A stretch of 64,000 bases of DNA from a phage, in the sequence record PZ445521.1; one strand, given 5' to 3'. Made by a program: the position numbers and the translations under genes. The notes under the pieces were generated by a model. It had not been told where the DNA came from, searched no databases, and saw nothing but the letters and a program-made list of their open reading frames with translations. This document shows positions 57,872 through 64,000 of the stretch, in pieces (position 1 is the stretch's first letter; each line of letters opens with the position of its first letter).

Positions 57872-57910
57872 TAGTTGTATAGTACCACAGAGGAACGGTC
57901 TTGTAAACAA
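57872..57910 (-). promoter_or_regulatory. early promoter cassette
   Basis: tgtaaa 57902-57907, atagta 57879-57884, 17-bp spacer. Confidence 0.6.
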
Positions 57911-58225
57911 CTAAAAGAAACTTCTTTCACAATTTTTTCCACTGAACCACGCACTCACTGCTTTCTTAGTCTCAGGAGCAGTGTTATCCATAAACCATTC
58001 AAAGGCAGCCTTTTTATGATTCTGGAGGGCTTCTCGGGCTTTAATCTGCTCACGGTCTATTAACACTAACATATGAGCCTTTCTTGTCACCATGGGCTTC
58101 TTATGATTTTTTGAATACTCCCAATCATTTGTCCATCGCATCGTTGTTGCGAACTGAAATACAGCTTCTTTAATTTTAGTTTCGTAAATTTCACGAGCCT
58201 TTGAGTATAACATCACTACCTCCAT
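57911..58225 (-). CDS. hypothetical protein, 104 aa
   Basis: ORF track. Confidence 0.5.
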   Translation of the reverse strand: MEVVMLYSKAREIYETKIKEAVFQFATTMRWTNDWEYSKNHKKPMVTRKAHMLVLIDREQIKAREALQNHKKAAFEWFMDNTAPETKKAVSAWFSGKNCERSFF

Positions 58226-58314
58226 TTATCAGTTTAATTCTAATCATCTTTTTGATGGCAGTCCATATAATCTATTTCTGAACTGCCTTTTTGTCATAGA
58301 AGGCCTCTTATGAA

Positions 58315-59283
58315 TTATTTCAGAAGAGTAACCTCAGCAATTTCTTCCCAACCGTTTTTGTCTGTCATAATAAAGTCAGCAAGATAAAGAGCAGTACGCA
58401 GTGAAACATTACGTAAACGATTAACATTGACTTTCATCCATGATAATGCTTTATAAGTTTCTTCATCAGAAAGACCGCGCTTTTGCATCATGTCAGTTGA
58501 AAGAATAACATCTTCAACCCTGACCATAATTTCTTCATTAGTGTGAACACCCAAATCCAAATAAACTGAGCGGGACACTAATGCTTGTAAATGTGGAGCA
58601 AGTTTAGTACCACGGTCTAATTCGCGGTCAATGTCAACGTTTGTGATAAAAACAATCGTTCCTTTAAATTCAAACTCACGCTCAATGCCTTTTTCTTCTA
58701 AGTAAGAAGATGCGGTGCTCCAGCAGACTTTACGGGTCTCTCCGGTGTCCAGAGCAGCTTTCAGAAGATTAAGAATGTCCATATCAGAGAAAACATCCAC
58801 ATCATCAATCAAAAGGACAGAATTCTCTTCACGATTATTCCAAAGCTGCTCATAAAGACCAATACCAGAGATTTTACCATTAATGCTTTTATATTCAATG
58901 TATCCAATATCATTTGCTTTATTTAAAGCTTTATCTAAAGAATACGTTTTACCAATACCCGCCGCACCAGAGATAATTAATGAACGAATATTTCCATTAA
59001 TAATACCATTCGTCATCATTCCCATAACATTAAATCTTTTATTAATGCGGGTTTTCATATCTTCATACGATTCTTTAACTTCTTCAACTTTTACACCATC
59101 ATATGAAATGTCTGATTTGTAAACCCAAACACCGCGACGTTTACCGTCAATTTCAACAAAAACTTTACCATCTCCTTGTGCATCTACCGGAGCATTATCT
59201 GGGAACCATTCGCCTAAGAGCTCAAAAGTTCCAGAGATTTCTTTACCGAAGTAGATACCCTTATTGATAGTTACAGTTTTCAT
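58315..59283 (-). CDS. P-loop ATPase (AAA-like), 322 aa
   Basis: Walker A GAAGIGKT and Walker B LLIDDVD after a roughly 100-aa N-terminal domain. Confidence 0.7.
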   Translation of the reverse strand: MKTVTINKGIYFGKEISGTFELLGEWFPDNAPVDAQGDGKVFVEIDGKRRGVWVYKSDISYDGVKVEEVKESYEDMKTRINKRFNVMGMMTNGIINGNIRSLIISGAAGIGKTYSLDKALNKANDIGYIEYKSINGKISGIGLYEQLWNNREENSVLLIDDVDVFSDMDILNLLKAALDTGETRKVCWSTASSYLEEKGIEREFEFKGTIVFITNVDIDRELDRGTKLAPHLQALVSRSVYLDLGVHTNEEIMVRVEDVILSTDMMQKRGLSDEETYKALSWMKVNVNRLRNVSLRTALYLADFIMTDKNGWEEIAEVTLLK

Positions 59284-59340
59284 TTTATTCTCCTTTGATT
59301 TGATAGGACTACTATAACATAGTCCTATCAGTTTGTATAC

Positions 59341-59541
59341 TTATTTTGACATTTCTTCGATGTCACGACGATACCCGTCACGAACTTCACGAAGAGCTTC
59401 AAGGCCACACATAGGCTCGATACCAGTAATGTGAACTTGATTAATCTGATACTCTACATCTTCTAACTGAGCGAAAACATAACGACGTTCAGCTGCACAA
59501 CCAGGTTTAGCTTTACCGAAACGTTTATTCAAAGTAGTCAT
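59341..59541 (-). CDS. hypothetical protein, 66 aa
   Basis: ORF track; first gene after the promoter at 59573-59611. Confidence 0.5.
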   Translation of the reverse strand: MTTLNKRFGKAKPGCAAERRYVFAQLEDVEYQINQVHITGIEPMCGLEALREVRDGYRRDIEEMSK

Positions 59542-59572
59542 TTTGTATCTCCAATTTACTCATTTGTTTTGA

Positions 59573-59611
59573 TAGTTGTATAGTACCATAAAGCTTTATG
59601 CTTGTAAACAG
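59573..59611 (-). promoter_or_regulatory. early promoter cassette
   Basis: tgtaaa 59603-59608, atagta 59580-59585, 17-bp spacer. Confidence 0.6.
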
Positions 59612-59630
59612 TTTTGTGAAAAATTTTTGA

Positions 59631-59657
59631 AATAAAAAAGGGAGCCCGAAGGCTCCC
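59631..59657 (-). terminator. intrinsic terminator downstream of the nucleotidyltransferase gene
   Basis: Stem gggagcc cgaa ggctccc at 59640-59657 followed by a U6 tract. Confidence 0.6.
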
Positions 59658-59659
59658 TA

Positions 59660-60673
59660 TCATTTATAATAACTTCGGTGGTTTTCAAGATAGACCTTCT
59701 CAAGGAAGTCATCCCAGAAACTCATGTCTACTGTTTTAGGCATACCGTTCTTAGAAGCTTCAGTAGATGCTGCTTCTACTTGATCGACCACATCTTCCAA
59801 AAACTCTTGAACTGTTTTAAATGGATGTTTACCCAACTTCACGTCGAGAATAAATGGAGCATCTTGAAGTGGATAGACTAAGTCACCAGTTTTGTAAATT
59901 TCCAATAGTTGAAGTCCACCACGACAAGCATGGCTCAGAGCTTTCCAGTCAATGCCTTCATTGGCTTCGGCCTTACGAGCGCGTTCACCATATTCAGCAT
60001 CTAATTTGTTCAGTGACTGCTTAAGCTCAATAAGAGAAAGAGTTGTCTGATATTTACGACCCAACACTGTGTAAAACGTCTGTGGGCCTGTTTTCTCATG
60101 ATTATGGAACACCCATTCACAGAATTCGTTTTCTGGAAGACGATGCTTAATATCTTCAACTTTAGTACGACGCTGCTTAATGGAACCGTCTTCTTGGTAA
60201 TCAACCCATTGCTCAGGGATTTGATTAACTACTTTCAATACATCACGTAATGCAGCCAAACGAGAACCCTTGACACCGTATTTAGAAGCTTGCTTGCGAA
60301 CATATCCTAAATAGGATTTCATGTTAGTCGTATAAAAACGAGAACGGTTGTCTTGAATAAACTTCCACACATCAGGCAAATCAGATTTAACCACTAGTTC
60401 AGGTGGAGTATGAAGCATATCTAATGCTACAGTTTCACCATCTGCAGCTAATTTAAAGAAATATTTAAGACTGTATAGTTCATGGTCAATATCATCTTTA
60501 GTGTTTTTAGATGATGTGTTGTTGGTGTTTTTACTCATGTGCTCTTTGACATTTCCGATAAGAATATCGCGAGCAGGAGGAACAAAAATTTCTTTAAAAT
60601 CTACATCAGATTCTGGGGTAGAAGTTCCATAAAGATGACTACCAAAATAGCTTTTCATTACTGTTTTCATCAT
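59660..60673 (-). CDS. MNT/ANT-type (Pol-beta superfamily) nucleotidyltransferase-like protein, 337 aa
   Basis: N-terminal GSHLYGTSTPESDVDF fits the GS-x3-G-x5-SD-x-D nucleotidyltransferase signature; long helical C-terminal region; start overlaps upstream membrane ORF (ATGA). Confidence 0.65.
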   Translation of the reverse strand: MMKTVMKSYFGSHLYGTSTPESDVDFKEIFVPPARDILIGNVKEHMSKNTNNTSSKNTKDDIDHELYSLKYFFKLAADGETVALDMLHTPPELVVKSDLPDVWKFIQDNRSRFYTTNMKSYLGYVRKQASKYGVKGSRLAALRDVLKVVNQIPEQWVDYQEDGSIKQRRTKVEDIKHRLPENEFCEWVFHNHEKTGPQTFYTVLGRKYQTTLSLIELKQSLNKLDAEYGERARKAEANEGIDWKALSHACRGGLQLLEIYKTGDLVYPLQDAPFILDVKLGKHPFKTVQEFLEDVVDQVEAASTEASKNGMPKTVDMSFWDDFLEKVYLENHRSYYK

Positions 60674-61131
60674 TCAGCCTTATATTCAATAACAGGACAT
60701 ACTTTAGCTTTACGAGCTTTTAAAAATTCGACGATAATCGATTTCTTGGGTTGAATAGGAGGTAAACCTTTATACGCTCTATCAATATTTTCTACGTGTA
60801 AAGCATAATCCTTTTTCCATTTATAATCTTTATATTTTTCACGCAAATGTGCAGGAATAACAAATGAACCGATAATAAGTAAAACAACCAAAAGTGCAAG
60901 TATAAATGCCGATGGAAGAAGAGTCCATAAACTACCGAAAATAAGCCAACGTTGTAGGCTTTCTGCACAAATAATTGTTAACCCTACGAGTATAGCACAC
61001 CCAAAAATAGAAACGAAAAATGTAGGAATGGCAATAGACCAAAAATATGCGCATAGTGTCTTAGGTCGTTGCCATTCGTCGTTAAACAATTTGAATAATT
61101 TATAATGCCAAGAGTTTTCATTAATAATCAT
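60670..61131 (-). CDS. membrane protein, 153 aa
   Basis: Two to three hydrophobic helices; translationally coupled to the nucleotidyltransferase ORF. Confidence 0.55.
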   Translation of the reverse strand: MIINENSWHYKLFKLFNDEWQRPKTLCAYFWSIAIPTFFVSIFGCAILVGLTIICAESLQRWLIFGSLWTLLPSAFILALLVVLLIIGSFVIPAHLREKYKDYKWKKDYALHVENIDRAYKGLPPIQPKKSIIVEFLKARKAKVCPVIEYKAE

Positions 61132-61133
61132 AA

Positions 61134-61655
61134 TTATCCTTTCATTGAAGGAGTAATGGTTGTTAAATACTTAATCATAGCTTCAGCTTCTGATTTTGAT
61201 AATGAAATTTCTCCATTGTTTTGACGAATAGAAATAAAATCCGGATGACGGTCACCACCAGCTTTTAAAACACACATATAAGTATCAACTTCACCTTCAA
61301 TATTTGAAATGATTGAAGCAGTTCCGCATGAATGTGGTTTTTGATAAATCAATGCAGCTTTTCTTCCACCATTTGACTGTTCATAGGCTTTTAATACATC
61401 AAACAAATCAGTTCTTTTATCAATAGCTAAAATGTTATTTTCATCTTCAATGTTAAATCCTTCGGATACTTCATAAAGCGTTACCCATAAATCACCGATG
61501 TCAATAACAGCATTTACTTTTCCACGGCTTTCAAGAGTATGACAAATTTTCTTGATTTCGTCATAACTCATTTTAATAATATCATCTCCTTGACTAAGGA
61601 AGATGTCATTTTTAAATTCAACACGAATTAAACCACTTTCACTTGAAATAAACAT
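61134..61655 (-). CDS. hypothetical protein, 173 aa (paralog pair)
   Basis: Shares GFNIE(D/S)E and a C-terminal block with the next ORF. Confidence 0.55.
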   Translation of the reverse strand: MFISSESGLIRVEFKNDIFLSQGDDIIKMSYDEIKKICHTLESRGKVNAVIDIGDLWVTLYEVSEGFNIEDENNILAIDKRTDLFDVLKAYEQSNGGRKAALIYQKPHSCGTASIISNIEGEVDTYMCVLKAGGDRHPDFISIRQNNGEISLSKSEAEAMIKYLTTITPSMKG

Positions 61656-61661
61656 ATTTCC

Positions 61662-62207
61662 TCACTTTGAAATCATAGTTGGAATAACAGAATCAAGATA
61701 AGTCTTTAGTGCAATAGCTTCGTCTTTGGTAAATGTGACAATATGTGCTCGAAAATCATCAATTTGACGAATAGTTAAGACATCTCCATCTTCATAACAT
61801 TTTGATACGTTTAAAACAGTTTCATCATTCTGATTGCAAGCGTTAGTAATAATAGCATTGCAATTTTTAAACCATTTTAAACTATGTTTTCTTTCATTAG
61901 AATAATAAAAATATTTAATCTTATCTATAAAACTATCCCAATGGATAACTGATAAGCATATTGACTCGCTTTCAATATTAAATCCTGGGCATGAAGAATA
62001 AAAATGAATTTTATGCTCATCATTAATGCTTACAATTTTATCAGTATAAGGATTTTCAATTTTGGTTAAATGAATGATTTCACTAGGCGTAAAATACAGC
62101 ATATCGTCTTCTTGTGTCAAACGATACATATTATTTACTTTTTCTATAGCCAATTCACCAAAAAGTGAACTAACTTCTAATACTAATCGTTTCGCCGCTA
62201 CCGTCAT
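61662..62207 (-). CDS. hypothetical protein, 181 aa (paralog pair)
   Basis: C-terminus TKDEAIALKTYLDSVIPTM versus SKSEAEAMIKYLTTITPSM in the neighbour. Confidence 0.55.
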   Translation of the reverse strand: MTVAAKRLVLEVSSLFGELAIEKVNNMYRLTQEDDMLYFTPSEIIHLTKIENPYTDKIVSINDEHKIHFYSSCPGFNIESESICLSVIHWDSFIDKIKYFYYSNERKHSLKWFKNCNAIITNACNQNDETVLNVSKCYEDGDVLTIRQIDDFRAHIVTFTKDEAIALKTYLDSVIPTMISK

Positions 62208-62332
62208 TACATACTCCTCTGAATCATATCAATAATGTTGTTCACCAGATTATAAGTAAACATTGGGTAATTATATTGAATCACCACATACACAACAAAC
62301 AAAACTTTCATTCTCTTCTCCTTGGCAGTTGA

Positions 62333-62370
62333 CAAGATTACTATACCATAACCTTGCCAACTTGTAAACC
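62333..62370 (-). promoter_or_regulatory. early promoter (-35 TTTACA, -10 TATAGT)
   Basis: tgtaaa 62362-62367, actata 62339-62344, 17-bp spacer. Confidence 0.5.
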
Positions 62371-62534
62371 ATTAAATGACGTTTTCGATAAAATTCTGAA
62401 GCTTTGTATGAGCATCAACCATGATTTTCATTTCTTCCTTTGCGAAAGCTGTACCTCTTTCACGAGAAGAACATTCATAGTCAGAAACTGCATTAGCATA
62501 TTCTTCAATTAGCTTCATTAAAAACATCTGCTTT

Positions 62535-62729
62535 TCAGTTTTCATTATTCCACCTAATCATTTCAAGATATTGAACTAACTTAGCTTTGGATTTATCCAA
62601 ATCCTTTTTAGCTGCTTCTATACCGTCGTATGAATATCCTTCACAATGCTCAACTGCTAATTGATATGAATCTATTTCAATATCACGTGCTAATTTAATG
62701 ATTTTTTCAAACTGTTCGCGTGTTAGCAT
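62535..62729 (-). CDS. hypothetical protein, 64 aa
   Basis: ORF track. Confidence 0.45.
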   Translation of the reverse strand: MLTREQFEKIIKLARDIEIDSYQLAVEHCEGYSYDGIEAAKKDLDKSKAKLVQYLEMIRWNNEN

Positions 62730-62731
62730 AC

Positions 62732-62971
62732 TTAAACTCTCGTATTATGATCGATAATTTCATCAAGAAACATATCTAACGCTTCTACAGCATTATTAAC
62801 TTTATCTTCAAGTTCTTCAATACTTTTATTTGCAATGCCTGACGAAAACCAAGCAAAGTCACTAAGTTCCTCATCTGCTTTACGAATTAAAGCTACCAAT
62901 TCCTTAATTTTATCCGCTTGTTCGATACTAATCATTATTCCACCACATATGAAAGAGAGAATATTGCACAC
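62732..62971 (-). CDS. hypothetical protein, 79 aa
   Basis: ORF track. Confidence 0.45.
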   Translation of the reverse strand: MCNILSFICGGIMISIEQADKIKELVALIRKADEELSDFAWFSSGIANKSIEELEDKVNNAVEALDMFLDEIIDHNTRV

Positions 62972-63123
62972 GCCATGTGAGTTGCAACTTCATCACACAT
63001 ATTATAACGTTTCTTAAGAAATTCTACAAGTTCTTCACTAGTAACTTCATCCATGTCGACGAAAAAATCACCATTAATGATGACGTAGATATTTCCTTCT
63101 TGATTAAGTGCTTCAATTTTCAT
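62935..63123 (-). CDS. hypothetical protein, about 62 aa
   Basis: Track ORF 62935-63168 trimmed to MKIEALNQ after the promoter/leader (AGAGGAGAACATC-ATG). Confidence 0.45.
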   Translation of the reverse strand: MKIEALNQEGNIYVIINGDFFVDMDEVTSEELVEFLKKRYNMCDEVATHMACAIFSLSYVVE

Positions 63124-63144
63124 GATGTTCTCCTCTTTATCCGA

Positions 63145-63183
63145 TAGTTGTATAGTACCACAGCTCAAACGGAAAGTAAACCG
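63145..63183 (-). promoter_or_regulatory. early promoter cassette
   Basis: agtaaa 63175-63180, atagta 63152-63157, 17-bp spacer. Confidence 0.55.
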
Positions 63184-63190
63184 GTAAAAT

Positions 63191-63213
63191 GAAAAAAGTC
63201 TCCCGAAGGAGAC
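63191..63213 (-). terminator. intrinsic terminator
   Basis: Stem gtctcc cgaa ggagac at 63198-63213 followed by a U6 tract. Confidence 0.6.
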
Positions 63214-63218
63214 TAATG

Positions 63219-63605
63219 TTATTCGAGGGAAAGAAGATACTTACTCTGGTAAAACATTCCAGTAATATCATCTATCGTGCTTTGGATGGCTGGAGGCATT
63301 TCTTTATAAATGCTGTTAGATTGGTCTAGTATGTGATCAATCATTTTAATTGTGTCGGTAGGAAGTTTACTGGCATCTGGAATTGAAGGTGTGTATTTTC
63401 TACCAGAATACCCCAAATATTGCTCACCAAATTTATCAATCAAATCTGGCAACTCGGAGAAAATAAAATCGTATGCTTTGTGTCTAGCATAACTTTTAGT
63501 TTCAAAATGTGCAGAATGAAAATAAGCTTGTGCAGCCATTAATAAACCTAAGTATTCATCTGCCTTTGAAGGTTTTCCACTTTGTGAAAAGTCGCTGAAT
63601 TTCAT
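63219..63605 (-). CDS. hypothetical protein, 128 aa (rI.-1-like position)
   Basis: ORF track; 4-nt overlap with rI. Confidence 0.5.
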   Translation of the reverse strand: MKFSDFSQSGKPSKADEYLGLLMAAQAYFHSAHFETKSYARHKAYDFIFSELPDLIDKFGEQYLGYSGRKYTPSIPDASKLPTDTIKMIDHILDQSNSIYKEMPPAIQSTIDDITGMFYQSKYLLSLE

Positions 63606-63895
63606 TCAGTCTCCAATTTAATGTTCATAATTCTAGCGTATGATTGTGCCATCTCCGCGCCTCGCTCTATACATTCAAAATCAGAAGAGCACGGGTCATT
63701 TTTATAGGTCGTTCTCATAAAACTATAGAATTGTTCAGACGATTCTACGCTTTTATTTTCAAAAAGCATATAAACGTGCCTAATACCAGATTCCATAAAT
63801 TTATCAAAATGAGGATCGACATTCGCTTCAATCGGTGGAGATAAAACAAATGACAATCCTAGCATGGCAAATAGTGCCGTTGCTTTTAAGGCCAT
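63602..63895 (-). CDS. rI: RI antiholin (lysis inhibition)
   Basis: 97-aa ORF with N-terminal signal-anchor MALKATALFAMLGLSFVLSP, recognised as T4 RI; TAGGAGG Shine-Dalgarno. Confidence 0.8.
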   Translation of the reverse strand: MALKATALFAMLGLSFVLSPPIEANVDPHFDKFMESGIRHVYMLFENKSVESSEQFYSFMRTTYKNDPCSSDFECIERGAEMAQSYARIMNIKLETE

Positions 63896-63910
63896 AAAGG
63901 CCTCCTATCA

Positions 63911-64000
63911 TTTTTGTCCTGTATTTACTTTATGCCGATGCACGGCCTTAACTTTATCAAGGTATTTTTCAAAATTTCGCAATCTAGTATAGTCTGCCGG
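63911..64000 (-). CDS. hypothetical protein, C-terminal 29 codons (rI.1-like position; runs off window end)
   Basis: Open minus-strand frame from the window edge to TGA at 63911-63913. Confidence 0.3.

Noticed and set aside
6306-63213. The repeated gggccgaagccc-type hairpins considered as a possible CRISPR array or dispersed transposon ends
   Set aside because: The copies are single, irregularly spaced, intergenic and on the transcribed strand next to stop codons, with no repeat-spacer periodicity and no transposase genes; they are RNA hairpins.

Overview
This window is an early/middle-gene block of a T-even (T4-like) coliphage, laid out as in the T4 reference: almost every gene is on the minus strand and transcription runs from high to low coordinates. 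Gene order follows T4 from motA, 52, ac, stp, ndd, denB, rIIB, rIIA and 39 through dexA, dda, modA/modB, soc, 56, 61, sp, dmd, 41, uvsX, 42, imm, 43, regA, 62, 44, 45, rpbA, 46, 47, alpha-gt, 55, nrdG/nrdD, 49, pin and nrdC, then an accessory block of unknown genes, ending at rI. Identifications rest on ORF length, motifs read in the translations and synteny recalled from memory; no database search was run. Differences from T4 as I recall it: gene 39 is one 606-aa ORF rather than split 39 + 60; nrdD is an uninterrupted 605-aa ORF; no homing-endonuclease-sized ORFs are seen; the beta-gt slot holds a 282-aa DxD glycosyltransferase-like ORF; and the 56-61 gap holds only a 66-aa plus-strand ORF. 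Regulatory structure is dense: about 20 copies of a conserved sigma70-type early promoter cassette with exact 17-bp spacers, several MotA-box middle promoters, one late promoter before soc, the gene 43 translational operator hairpin, and many GC-rich tetraloop hairpins between genes. Reading the DNA directly recovered several sub-60-aa genes absent from the ORF track, including stp (26 aa), ac (52 aa), a 61.1-like 54-aa ORF and a zinc-ribbon ORF. The best candidates for something undescribed are in the nrdC-distal accessory block: an MNT/ANT-type nucleotidyltransferase translationally coupled to a membrane protein, a neighbouring P-loop ATPase, and a tandem family of 300-343 aa coiled-coil proteins. 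No tRNA, rRNA, CRISPR array or transposon was seen.
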